A DNA stretch of 64,000 nucleotides from Octopus sinensis. Lineage: Eukaryota. Both the position numbers and the translations under genes were made by a program. The number at the start of each line of letters is the position of its first letter. The first letter of the stretch is position 1. Where the stretch lies: assembly GCF_006345805.1 (NCBI RefSeq), contig NC_042999.1, positions 120,466,001 through 120,530,000 on the forward strand, given 5' to 3'. Below the pieces are notes generated by a model. It saw nothing but the letters and a program-made list of their open reading frames with translations. It was not told where the DNA came from and did no database searches. Positions 1 through 13,358 of this stretch are shown one piece after another.

Positions 1-373
1 TAATTTGTTGGAGAGTATATTTCAAAATGATATGTGATTGGCGATATGTGTCTCACTGTCTGACAATGATTGTGTAGACTACATAGTGTGTAAATTGTGT
101 AGCATTAATAAGTTGCAGCGCGTTAGAATGTAGGTTGTACGAACAAGTGACATTGAGAGGTTTACGTATTCATTTCGTAGAAGGATCTCAGTTGTGTTGT
201 ATATTGTATATGATATGGTTTGTGTTGTGCGAAATAGTATATTGTGTGTTGAGCTATATGTTGTGAGTGACCGTTTTTTCGATATGGGCTCACCACAGCT
301 GAGCAATTACTTAAAATACATGTAACGTTGTTATCACTTGTATAAACTTTGTAATTATTTATCAAACGTAAAA

Positions 374-503
374 GGCGGCGAGCTTGCCGAATCGTTAGCA
401 AGCCGAGCAAAATGCTTAGCAGTATTTCATCGATCTTCACGCTCCCCGTTCAAACGCCACTGGCTTTGCTTTTGATCCTTTGGGGTTGATGAAATCAGGA
501 CCA
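374..503 (+). mobile_element. tRNA-derived SINE (family A), degenerate copy
   Basis: ggcggcgagcttgccgaatcgttagcaagccgagcaaaatgcttagc...ctttgcttttgatcctttggggttgat matches the better-preserved copies at 20521-20751, 33868-34085 and 44868-45085. Confidence 0.75.
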
Positions 504-893
504 TTTAAACACTGGCACCTATGGAATCGAATAATGCATAACCGCACAAAATTCCAAGCCTTGTACCTATGGTAGTAACAATTATTTATCACACGTAGTA
601 CTCCAGCTATTATTGTTTCTGAAGTCTCTTTTGTGTCTCAGTCTGCTGGTTATAATTTCAAGATCTTTGTACTTCGATATTTTCTCCATTTGCTTTCGAG
701 TAACATTTTGCTCAGAACAGAACCCGTCGTCTATTTTTTGTTTTGATTTTTATTTTCATCTAAGAAAAGTTAACTTTGTTCTTTTTCCTCTAATAGATAT
801 AGAAGATTATTGTGACGAGATCATTGTAATGTTTCATATTTGGTATATGTTTAATACTTTCGTGTCTTTTTCCTAACAAATTATTTACATCTA

Positions 894-2187
894 CGAGGGA
901 CGTTCAATAAGTAATGCCTCTGACCCATTTGCAGTTGTTTGATCTAGCTGAAATTTTGCATGTGCAATCATTTATATCTCTATAGAGTAAGTGACAAATT
1001 ACAGCTATGAACTAATTTTGTGGTTTCTGATTTACAGGTGTTTGAACTGAGTCAAGTGTGAAATGGAGCCTGTTGAGTGTCGAGCAGTGATCCGGTTTTT
1101 GTATTTGAAAGGACGCACACCACGGGAGACTTTTGATGAAATGAAAGTAATTTATGGTGATGATGCCCCATCATATGACCTTGTAAAACGCTGGCATCGT
1201 GAATTCAAACATGGTCGGAACTCTGTGGAAACAGCTCCCAGATCTGATCGCCCCGCTTCTGCCATTGATGAGGCATCTGTCCGTCAAGTTGAGGCTGCCA
1301 TTTTGGAAGATCGACGCATAATTATTCGCCAAATAGCCCATGATGTCAAGATTAGAACCGGTTCTGTGCAAACTATCATTCATGCCCATTTGCATATGCA
1401 AAAGGTGTCTGCCAGATGGATTCCCAGGTTGCTCACGCCTTTCCAGAAGCAAGAACGCGTCGAGTGCTCGAGGATGAATTTGGAGATGTGCCAAGAAGAT
1501 GAGTCAAGCTTTTTCAAAAGACTGATTACACAGGATGAAATCTGGGTCCATCACGATGATCCATAGACCAAAGCCCAGTCAATGCAGTGGAAGCACCGTG
1601 ACTCACCCCCTCCAAAGAAGGCAAGGGTGCAGCCCTCCGCTGGCAAGGTCATGCTCACAGTCTTCTGGGACCAGGACGGAGTAGTGATGACAGATTTCCT
1701 GGAAAAGGGTACCACAATTACAGGAGCCTATTATGCCTCACTTTTGAGGAAATTAAGAGAAGTTATCAAAATCAAGAGGCGGGGCAAGATCAGCAAAGGC
1801 ATCCTTCTCCTGCAGGACAACGCTCCGGTCCACAACTCGCTTGTCGCCAGATCAGAAGCACAGGCGTATGGCTATGAACTCCTCCCCATCCCCCCTACTT
1901 TCCTGACCTTGCACCCTCTGATTTTCACCTCTTCCCAGTCATGAAGTTGTTTTTGAAAGGAAAGCGTTTTCCAGATGATGCAGCCTTGTTTTCTGAAGTC
2001 ACGTTGAGGTTGGAGGACCAAGCTAGGTTCTTCTACAAAAAGGGTCTCCAGAGCAGCATCAAACGATGGGAGAAATGCGTAACTCTGGGTGGTTCCTATG
2101 TAGAAAAAGACTAATAACTGTGCCAAGTTTCGTTGCTCTACTGCTATGGGAAGTGGGTCAGGAGCATTACTTATTGAACGCCCCTCG
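894..2187 (+). mobile_element. mariner DNA transposon, full length (~1.29 kb), irritans-like
   Basis: TIRs cgagggacgttcaataagtaatgc at 894 and gcattacttattgaacgcccctcg ending 2187; TA on both sides (892-893, 2188-2189); internal transposase. Confidence 0.95.
1063..2114 (+). pseudogene. mariner transposase pseudogene (D,D34D)
   Basis: MEPVECRAVIRFL...WIPRLLT...ITQDEIWVHHDDP, in-frame TAG at 1564-1566, then SAGKVMLTVFWD...LLQDNAPVH. A 1-nt loss in the C run near 1885 shifts to PPYFPDLAPSDFHLFP...GSYVEKD, stop at 2112-2114. 34 residues lie between the QDN and PSD aspartates. Confidence 0.93.
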
Positions 2188-5100
2188 TAAGTGATGTTAC
2201 TGTCGACTAGAATGTACTCAAGAACTAGGAGCTTAAGATAATGTAGCCAGATACCTTATTGTACGGTTGCATAATCTGCACATAATGCTATGTCTAATGA
2301 ACTATGTTCATGCATTGCTTTAATACTTATTGCAGTTATTTCTTTTACCCTGTCTCTAGTATATATCTGGAGATTGGTATTATTGATGTGCGAATATCTT
2401 ATCGAGAGACCACACAGTTACAGTTTCTGATATACTATCCAAATGATAAAATACATTTGTTTGTCGTCTTCTGTGAATCTAATTCAATTGTTCTCAAATA
2501 TGGCTCTGTCGAGTATTACACATTCATTTGCTTTTTGTTTTATTTCAGCAAGAGCAAGCCTCCTATTGTGCATTGTATAACTACATTAGATGTTGAAATA
2601 CCTAAGAATTACTGTTATATTAAGAGATCGGTATGCACACTTTATCTTATTATTATTTTTTTATAATTTATATTTTCCACAAAATTCCTACGGGACAATC
2701 TATGTGATACTATAATACTTTTCTCATATTTTCATAGCTAATTTATTGCATGCACTTACCAAATGTGCAACATTTTATCATTTTACCACATATTCCACTG
2801 TCTGATAATTTAATGCTTTTTTTTGTCTTTATGGATTCTGATACTGTTTGTTCTCATAGTTTGCTATTGTGTTGCAAATGTTAATGATTCACACTCCGGT
2901 TTCAGTCTGACTTATTTTTATTTAAAAAATCATGATTTATTCATATGTTCATATTAATATAAATTTCCAAAAGAATCAGTCCAGCACATCTTATGCTCTT
3001 GCGAAGTCATCTGTGTGTTTTGAATTCTCATGATACTATACATTACATTCTGTTAGCTATTCTAGTTTGCGTAATCTCGACTCAAGTAGTTGTGTACCAT
3101 TTCTTATGTACGATAATGCAGAATTTTCTCCGCGCTAAATGCGTGTATGACAGCTAATTCTTTTACTCTGATGTTTTATTGAGGTAATTCCTACTAAATC
3201 TTTATTTTTCAAGCTAGCAGTTTCCAAATTTTCTGAAACTGACTTTCACTCTTTTATACCAATTACGATTCGTACACAATAATCGAAGTAACATATAAGC
3301 CATGTGTAAGTGAAATTTAAGTTTATCATTTATGATTAGATTTACGCACTTCTTGCAAAGTTCGAAATGATTTTTATACGTATTTTTATTATCTGCTATT
3401 ACTCTATTACAACTAAACTTTATAACGCTGTAACTATCTCCTAATGAGATATGCGGTAATTATATTCGACTTTCACCTGTTTCCATTTATTCTCAAAATT
3501 TAGTACTTAATTTTTTTATCTCAAATTTCATCCTAACACATACAACGAAAAAATGAACTTATATGCTAAACTTTTCGTTCAATCATAATCCTAGCAAGCA
3601 ATTCCAAGCCATCCAATTTATTTTATGATGCATACATTTTATAGAGTACCTAGCGCAGATTATTCATAATTCTGTCATTAACTATACCACACTTCAAAAC
3701 ATGAAAATGTCAGGAGACAGTGGAAAAGCCTCTTTCTTATCAGTCGATCAGTTAAAATCTGACTTCGTTAATCACCATATTTTCTTTCAACCAATGCTGT
3801 TTCCGCTTGATGTCACCCATATTTACCTATAGAAGATTGCCGTATTTAACTATGAAGTCAGAATGTCATAGAATATAAATTTAATATATATTACTAAATA
3901 TAATTAATTCATTTAATCACAATTTTAATTTTCACAGCATGTAAACGCCTATGCGTTAAAAAATTATATGGTATTTACAAAGTTTCTTACACAAACGTTC
4001 TTTCTTGACAGGAAATAATCTTCGTATTGTTTACCGACTCATTCAGTTTACTGGAGACGATTTACTTCTGCCCCGATTGTCATTTAGTTTTCCTTCCGAA
4101 GTCTTTCATGTCTCTCTGAAATGTTTCTAGTAATTTCATTTCATCACCAACATATGAAATGTGCAGTTAAAATTTTGATTATGGTCTGAATAACTAAGGA
4201 GAAAAAATATCACGTTTTTCGTATGCTGCTTCTGATTTTAGTGACTTATATATAAGAATATATATCCACATACACGCTCGCACACACACGCACACCCACA
4301 CGCATACCATACATAAGAAAATATTAAGATAAGATTCTGACACATTTCTCGAATTCCCATGTTTATAGTTGATATATTATGGCTTGCAGAAGTTAAAGCT
4401 TTGAAAAAGCATATCTTGGACTAAATCATAATAGAATTAGTGTTAATAGAAAACTGTGATAGATGCAGAAATTTGTAGTTTCTTTGCACTGCTCTCCTTT
4501 TTTGTTGGTGGTGGTGGGAGAATATCCACCTTCGTTAGTTTTCTTGTGATGAGCTTCTCGTCCGTGCTACAACTTATAACTCTTTACAAGTAAACTAATT
4601 TAAGAACGAGTAAGTTTGACAACTATTAACATTTCAAAGCATTAATGTAATGTTTTCGTTAAGTCTGCTCTCCCGAGAACTTTTCAAGTAAAATCTATTA
4701 TCCATTTCATATCTAGTCTATGTACATGAAACATGCAAAAATACTTCAGGACACTGAAGTTTGGGGAATCATTATTTATTTGATGCATAGTTCTTTGAAA
4801 AATAAATCATTTAGTGTGTAGTCTGCAATACGTTAACTTGTTTTGCCTTACCTATATTCCATGTACAATATTCAACTTAACAGGAATTAAAAATTACTAC
4901 ACCTTACTATAAAATAGCATCATGGGCACTGTAAAAAGTTTGTTACTATGAGATAAAAAATAAATTAGAAGAATGTAGAAAATCAATAACAAAAGCTAAT
5001 AAAAATATACGAAATTTGAGAAATGATTAAAAAGTGTGTAAAATATGGAACATTTGACAATATTTTTCAAAAATAAATTGTTAAATAATAGATCATTTGA

Positions 5101-7660
5101 CAGACAAATAAATTATGAAACACAGCCATTTCTTTTTCACTTTTCCCCTCAGACAATATTTATTATGGACAATAGTAATAAATAGTATTACATGTACGGC
5201 GAAATATTCTTACTTTTAAAAATGATGAAAAGTGATTGCAAAATAATTCATAAATTTAAAACTATATAAGTACAAATGCATTTGGAATGTAAAAAAGTAT
5301 TTTCGATCGTTTGTTATTCAGTTTCTACCCACAGATAAGATATGTGAAGTCGCAATTATTGATATTTCAGCTTAGGTTTAAAGATGATTATATGCCTTTG
5401 AAAAGCAACGAAAATCATGTTACGGTAAACTAGGAAAATTGAAAAAACTGAAGACAGTTTGCAGTAGCAATAACAAACTCGAAGATCTCGTGTCATGCCG
5501 ATCAAATACATTTCTACTTATGAAAAAACATCCGTATTCTAAACTTCACGAAATCTCATTTTGATGTACTTCATTAGTCCATTTTCTAAGTTGTATAACA
5601 TTTTGTCAGTTGGTTTAGTATCAGTATGAATGCTTGTATATGTGGCCATCTGAAAGAGATGAGTGTGATAAGAACAACGACCTCTGACAGACAAAAATTT
5701 TATAAAATTCAAACAAAACGTAACAGATAGTACAAATGAAAACCATATTATTTGATCCGCGGTTAAATAGAGAATTCATACTCTGGATTTAATTTTTTAA
5801 ATACAACAGAATATACAAAATTCATCAGCAGAGAGATAAACTAATTATAACATATAATGAATGGTTACAATGTACACACATAATTGGACATGACTACAAA
5901 GCTAAACTGAATTGTTATCATGGGCTACAAATGAATATGCGTCAATATTGAGGCATATTTTGCAGCTATAATTTACTGTCCAAAGCTTACCTACAGAAGC
6001 ACGCCTGAGTAACATTTATTAGTATATACACAATATCTAAAGAAAAAATAACCATGTTCTGAAAGTAATTTTGGTCTTAACAAACTAGACAGTATAAACA
6101 AATAACTAAATATTTATAATATACAAATGTTAATAAAGCAAAATCTATTTCAACAATAAACAGTAAACCTCCACACGAAAGGAGGCACAGCGCAAAAGGC
6201 AGTCGCTAAAACTCAATGAAAAGCAATTGCACTTCATTTCAAAGCATATATTTTTCAAATGAGAAGCGATTTTATTAACGTAAAAGTGAAATATAAAAAC
6301 GAAATGCAATATCATCAGTAAAATAAACAAATTATATATGTGGGTGAATTAAGGCAATGTGTAGAATACAAAAGGAATACAATCATAAGAAGTAATAGTG
6401 AGTCAAGAAGTAATCCATACACTACAATACGCAAAACAAGTTTCAGACACTCTTGGAAGCAATTTCTATACTTCTGATTAGAATATATAACTGATACACT
6501 CGTGTACTTAAAATCGTATGCAATAAGGAAAATTTGTCATTTGTGTTTTGTTTAATCCGTGTTTGTGGAGACTGTTAAAATCTAGTAATTCATATATCGC
6601 ATGACTAGTACTAAATTTATGTAAGTCAAATTCATTGAATACGCCTACCAAATCATCCCTAAATCTATTCATGACGAGATGTTTTTTTATATTGAGTGAC
6701 ATTATCAGATCATTATCTTTGTACATATCTGAGAATTTTAAGTAGGCTACTATTCGAATCGTGTCGAAAGATGAGTAAAACCATAAAATCGGCCTAATCC
6801 TAATGAGCTGTTTGCTGAAGACCAGAGACTGCATGGAGATCTTATATTGATATAGGATAGAAATCTACAACATTAAACTTGGTAAATCTGTGGGTTGCTA
6901 TAATTATCCTGAAAAGAAAACACCAGATGCAGATTCATTACTGTTACCTTTATATCTCATTACGCATCAAATTTTGGGAGACATTATATCAAAGATGCAC
7001 TTCCAAACCATTTCCAAGATACTTTTATGGGAGTTTATTAGCCTACACTCAGATCTGGTGAGTTGGCGTTATGGTCCCTATGTATGATGTTGTCAAAGCA
7101 ACCTTCTATTTTTAGTACGATTTACAAGTTTCTATGCCACAAAATTTATGATTTTGTACGTTAGATGTTTGTCTATAAAATATTGATTATTCAAAATCTA
7201 GTTTGCATTGAGATGCATATTTTTCAGTGTTATATTCATTTTGTCCGAATGTAAATGGGACTTGTGCATTTTTCATATATTCAATAATTTTAGTGTTTGG
7301 TTTGTCACAATAGTGTTGCAAATTCGTATATTTTTATGAGACATACGCGGCTAAATTGAAAATGCTTTCTATTTGAGGAAATACTTTAATGTATTGAATT
7401 CATATATACCTTGGTTTTTCAGACAGTAGGCTCCTGCCCTTAGAAACAAACAGCTTCTAACTCATTCGCCTGATTACGAATTCGGCTCCCATGATAAACT
7501 TCTTGAAACAGAACTTCCCTGATGGCCAATTCGTTAACCAATGAATTGAGAATGGAGTAATTCTCTGCACGGTATTCCCAGTGCTCAGTTTGGAAATAGG
7601 GTCCAATTAAAATTATGCAAAAAGAAAGAATGCACTCTAAATCTCGATTGTATCATTGCT

Positions 7661-7715
<55 letters not shown>

Positions 7716-7719
7716 TATA

Positions 7720-8150
7720 TAATTAGGGTTCAGTAAAATAATTTACTTTACCACACACCGAACTTTTAGAAATAGCAGCCAAAAAATCTTAGCTATTTCT
7801 TCTACTATAAGAAAAATCACCCAGACAATGCATACTCAAAAATAATTCACACAGATATAGAGGGAAAAATAACGAAAGATCACACGTACATAAGATTACT
7901 TGAGAACGGCCGTTTCTGGATTAGTTGAATATAAAGATCAACATTTCCATCGTCAGCTCAAAGATTTCTTTCGATTTGGATTTGAGAGCACTAACAATCG
8001 AACATACCCGTCTGATATGAGTAATCCCAGACAAAGGTGGTTTAGTAGGCTATATCATGCGTAGAGAACATTAAATATAAAATAACAGCAATAGTTCTTT
8101 TGGATTGTTAGGTAAGAAATAATGAATTACTCTTTAATATCTATATTTTA
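7720..8150 (-). mobile_element. Dispersed repeat abutting (TA)n and carrying a hammerhead motif (PLE terminal-repeat-like)
   Basis: 7720-7850 is clearly homologous to 60919-61048 (tttactttaccacacaccgaacttttagaaatag...ccagacaatg.atactcaaaaa); both follow a (TA)n tract at the same end. Right boundary is approximate. Confidence 0.6.
7900..7961 (-). ncRNA. Type I hammerhead ribozyme motif
   Basis: Minus strand reads ttgag CTGACGA tgga aat gttga tctttatat tcaac taa tcca GAAA cggccg TT ctcaa: 5-bp stem I, intact core, extended stem II, palindromic stem III ACGGCCGT. Confidence 0.7.
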
Positions 8151-8486
8151 AGCAGTAAAATAACGAGAGGCAGAGATAAATTACACATCCATTTAGTACT
8201 TATGAAATATTTCTGAGGAAGTAATTCACTCTGTTTGTTATTTATATATATTTAATGTTCTACCTACCTTCTATAACACACACAGACTTTTTCAAATATT
8301 CTTCTTTAGTGAAAACAAATGTCTATCTAACTAACTGTCTATCTATCTTACTACCTGTCTGTCTATCCAACTATGTATGTATGTATCTATCCGTGTGTGT
8401 ATGTATATATATATATTATTATTTAAATCTAAATATATAATTTAATAAATGTGTGTGGGTGTATGTGTGTGTGTGTGTGTCTATAT

Positions 8487-8921
8487 ATATATTGTGTAAG
8501 AGATCGTGGGTAAGGCCAAAACAATGCGAAGTAAATACAAGGTAAATCACAAGCAAAAAAATATGTGTATTAATGTAGACTTATCTGGTATTCAATATTA
8601 CGGAGTTATGACCCCATTTTCAAGAAATTGACGAATGTTGCCGATGTGCGTGTGTGTGAGCGTGTGTGGAGTAGACATGCGCAGAAGGGTGTTACAAGAA
8701 GCTATCTGGCTGCTATAGCAAGATCTTTCTGCGCATGTCCAGTCCACACTCGCTCACACACACGTACATCAACATTCATCAATATCTTGAAAATGGGGTC
8801 ATAACCCCGAAATATTAACTACAATGTAAGCGTACATTAATTCACATATTTCTTTTCTTGTGATTTACCTTGCATTTACATCGCATTATTTTGGCCTTCC
8901 CCACGATTTTATACAATATAT
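8487..8921. repeat. Fold-back inverted repeat (MITE-like), ~200-bp arms
   Basis: 8487-8687 is the imperfect reverse complement of 8726-8921 (e.g. ttatgaccccattttcaaga / tcttgaaaatggggtcataa; gacatgcgcagaa / ttctgcgcatgtc). Confidence 0.85.
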
Positions 8922-8950
8922 TCTACACAATGCTTCATAGTAATTATTCC

Positions 8951-8994
<44 letters not shown>

Positions 8995-9685
8995 GAGAGA
9001 GACAGAGAGACAGAGACAGTCAGACAGACAGAAAGACAGACATACAGGCAGAGACGGACAGACAGATAGATAGATTATCATTATCTTCATTATTATTATT
9101 ATTATTATTTAAAACTATTGGGTTCGGTTCCAATCAAACTTAAGCTTTGCAGGCTTCCTTTACAGAAACGTAACTCATTCAGGCTCAGTTAAGCGAATGG
9201 AGAGGTAGAGAAAACTCACGATAAATACTGGAAACTATGCTGCTGGTGATCATGTAGTCTCACATGGTACTTCTAAAGTTGATTTAGGTGTATCAGTGTC
9301 ACCAGCTGCATTAGAAAGGATAATCCCGTGGACCACGTTGCTGCGCAGGAATCTGGTGGCGCCTTGGTGTCTGGCTAGCTTTTAAAGAGACTAAGGGGAC
9401 ATGAATCTGTGTGGGCGCTCGTGTGCTCGAATGTTTAGCTATGTATATCAGCCACGTGTTTGTTATTAGTAGTATGTGTGTGTATGCGTGTGTATTTATG
9501 TGTATGTGTGTGTGGGAATACGTGTGCTATAGTGTCTGCCGTATACGTGCAGGGACGTATTTTGAGATGAATGTGCGGCGTACGTACAACATGAAATAAG
9601 AAATACGAAAACATGGAATACGAACATTTTTGCGAACAACGAAAGAAACAAATGGAAAACAATACAAGTAACATAAAGAACAGCG

Positions 9686-9726
<41 letters not shown>

Positions 9727-10405
9727 AATTATGCGTATATTTATAAATGTATGCATATATATATATATCTACCAATGTTCAGTCATGTGTATGTGCGAGC
9801 ATACAGGCTAATGAGGATCCTCTTATTTATTCTTAGATATATTTTTACGTGTCTGTGTGTTTGTGTCTGTGTGCATGCGTGTATGTGTGCATGTGTCCTT
9901 TTTCTACTTGTGTTCATTGTTCTAACGTCACCTATTTCGTGACATATTGACGACCTTTGCTCTACTATTAGTGCCTTCCAATAACTCATTTAATTTGGAA
10001 GATCGTAGACTACCTTGTATGCCTTTCTATAAGACATCTCTCGATTAAAGAATTTTACTGCCTTTCTACGTACGTCCTCTCTGCCTCTCCAGCTAGCAAT
10101 CTTTTCTCTCTTTTTCTCCTTTTTCTACTTACTTGCTACTTACCTGCCCCCACACGTACACACTTCTATTTTATGCATTTCTCTGTTAATAACTAACATT
10201 TTCATTTTATTTGTTTTGATCTTTGATTTACCTTTTCTATTTTTTCGGTGGCTAGCTTGTTGACACTTGGTTTCCTTCCTTCTACAACGTCAACTTCGTT
10301 GCGGCCCGAAGACTAACTAAGCTGCGTATGTATCGAACTTAAGATAGCTATTAATTGTAGCTATTATTCATGTTCCACTTCTTATACTTCATACATATAC
10401 ATACA

Positions 10406-10444
<39 letters not shown>

Positions 10445-10489
10445 GCATATACACACTCATTCACGCACACGCACACACATGCATACGCA

Positions 10490-10625
10490 TGTATGTATGT
10501 ATGTACGTGTGTATGTGCGTATGTATGTATGTATGCATGTATGCATGCATGTATGTATGTATGTATGTATGTATGTATGTATGTATGTATGTATGTATGT
10601 ATGTATGTATGCTTGTATGTATGTA
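10490..10625. repeat. (TATG)n microsatellite
   Basis: Direct reading of the sequence. Confidence 0.95.
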
Positions 10626-10674
10626 TCCAACATTTATAAGGAATGGAATGCGAAATAATATAGGCTACATATAC

Positions 10675-10796
10675 ATTATTTACATTATTTACATTTGATG
10701 GATATTATCATTCAGGTCACTGCCTGAAATCGAACTCGGAATCATTGGGGTTAGTAGCCCGCGTTCTTACCCACTATGTCATATGCGCGTGGGCAT
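10675..10796 (-). mobile_element. tRNA-head SINE (family B), internally deleted copy
   Basis: Reverse complement of the head at 10861-10913, joined almost directly to the tail end tacattatttacatttgatggatatt also seen at 49250-49290 and 56580-56620. Confidence 0.75.
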
Positions 10797-10847
10797 AGAA
10801 ACATACATACATACATACATACATACATACATACATACATACATACA

Positions 10848-10921
10848 TGCCTGTAGGCATATGGCGTAGTGGTTAAGAGCGCAGGCTACTGACCCCAAGA
10901 TTTTGAGTTCGATTATTCCTA

Positions 10922-10981
<60 letters not shown>
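10848..10981 (+). mobile_element. tRNA-head SINE (family B) followed by (AAT)n
   Basis: A-box tggcgtagtgg and B-box gagttcgatt, then (AAT)n at 10925-10981. Confidence 0.75.
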
Positions 10982-10983
<2 letters not shown>

Positions 10984-11806
10984 AATCAATGACACTGGGC
11001 ACTTGCCTTTACATATATAAATAGATAGATATGTTCATTACTATCGATGTGTGTATGCGTGAATATATACGCGTGTATATTAATATTTGTGTATATATGT
11101 GTGTATGTGTATTGTATATGAATGTATATGTACACGTGTGTGTATGCATAAAATATTACTCATTTTCCTGACATATATCTTTGAGTACGTGTGTGTATGT
11201 TTATGAGTATCCACTTGTTTATCTATTCTGATATATAGTTATGCGTATATATGTATCTCTGTGGATGTGTTCCGTGTCTATGTATATATATGTGTGATTG
11301 TGTATCAGTTTCCTTTGATCTAACGGGACCTGATGACCTTAAACCCTCTATCAATATCTCTCAATCAATTATCCAATTAAACGTCTACATCCTAACAGTC
11401 TGCATCAGTCTGACTCTTATATCCTCTAATAAGACGTTTACTGCTTCCTTACATACCCACTCTGTTACCCTACTGATAACACTTTTTTCTTCTTTCCCTT
11501 TTCTTCTCACTTATTGACTACAAAACCACATCCACTCTATGCCTTTTTTAAGTGCTTCCCTTGCACTAAAACATTCATTGGTCATCTTAATTTATTTGTT
11601 CTGGGGGAGGAGGTTGACTTTAGTGTTCTCAACTGGATATTAGTTGGTGGCAAGCCTGGTGACTGTTTACTTCTTGCGGTGATGTAAACTTCGTTGTGGC
11701 CATTTAGGTTTGATGACTCTGCTAGCTACCTACTGCTTGAAGTTCACTAACTTTCTACACTTGGATACTAGGACCATACGTACCTGCATATATATACATA
11801 CAAACA

Positions 11807-12056
<250 letters not shown>

Positions 12057-12261
12057 TAATGATAAGATCCAAGGATGAAGGTGAAGGAAAATAGTAAGAT
12101 TCGAGCAGTCCGTAAAAGTTATAATAAACAACTTTCAGAACAATACGGGTTCATTGATGTTGAAGTTGTAACATTTTCCTGTATTGAAGTTGGATAAGCT
12201 GAAAAACTCGTTATATATCTTGCGGTTAGCACCAAAAGTTACTGTGTATGCGAATAGAAAT

Positions 12262-12379
12262 TCCGGCTACATGTTTCATAGCTAGCAGAACCTTGGAAGT
12301 AGTAATTGTCCCTCGTTTTGATAATTACTTAATTACTACTTCCAAAGTTCTACTAGCTATGAAACATTTGTAGCCTGGA
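12262..12379. repeat. Short inverted repeat / hairpin (~46-bp arms, 23-nt loop)
   Basis: tccggctacatgtttcatagctagcagaaccttggaagtagtaatt versus aattactacttccaaagttctactagctatgaaacatttgtagcctgga. Confidence 0.85.
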
Positions 12380-12459
12380 TTTTATCTACTCCATTCCATA
12401 AATTTGTATATATATATATCTATATATACATACACACACACACACAAACACACACACAT

Positions 12460-12548
<89 letters not shown>

Positions 12549-12611
12549 CATACACATATGCATATATGGGTACAGGATGTCACCAACAGTAAACAACTTG
12601 AAATACGAAAA

Positions 12612-13358
12612 CATATGAGTTCAATACATAGACAACGAGAGAAAAAATGGAAAACAGGACAAGTAACATAAAGAACGACACTTCATCCGTTCTCGGTTGT
12701 CTATCTACTCCTTATTTGGAGCATTGAACGACAATATGGGTCTTCCAAAAAAAGAAAGATGATCCAGTGAAGAAACGAATGATGGGCGATCGTCACGTGT
12801 GAGCAACGAGAGAGAGGAGGAAAAAGAGATGAGAGAGCGCAGGAGAAAGAGGGGAGAGAGAGCAGGAGAAAGAGGGGAGAAAGAGGAAGAGAAAGAGGGG
12901 GAGAGAGCAGGAGAAAGAGGGGAGAGAGAGCAGGAGATAGAGGGGAGAGAGCACGAGAAAAAGAGAGAGAGAAAGAGATTGAAAACGATGAAAGAAAAAA
13001 AGGAGAATTACAGAAAGACTGTCCTAAGAACTAGACGTATCCTATCTCTCTCCTCTGTCTTTTCTCTTGTCAAGAAAATATTTCTCCAGCGTTCGCTATT
13101 TTACGCTCGTCTGGCCTAACGACCCTCCATGTTTGTTTTCATTCGATTTCCTTGTATGCTTCCACTGTCGTGTTTTTGTTCCCATCTTTGACCCTCCATA
13201 AATCTCAAATATTACTTTGGTACTGTCTTCGAAGACTGATATTGTCGTTGAATGCTCGAAAATAGATAGACAGTCAACACCTGATGAAGGATCGTTCTTT
13301 GGTACGTGTCCTGTTTTCCATTTGTTTCTCTCGTCTTCTGCGTATTGAACTCATATAT
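12612..13358. repeat. Inverted pair of ~130-bp repeats around a GA-rich spacer
   Basis: 12612-12746 is the imperfect reverse complement of 13231-13358; a related partial copy lies at 9599-9683. Confidence 0.75.

Noticed and set aside
1171-2126. Minus-strand ORFs 1171-1494 and 1872-2126
   Set aside because: Antisense shadows of the mariner transposase; the same applies to shadow ORFs over the RTE, R4/Dong and CR1 fragments.
10861-10913. tRNA gene (also 27275-27335, 49026-49075, 57210-57282)
   Set aside because: A/B boxes are present but no complete cloverleaf with an acceptor stem; they continue into SINE bodies.
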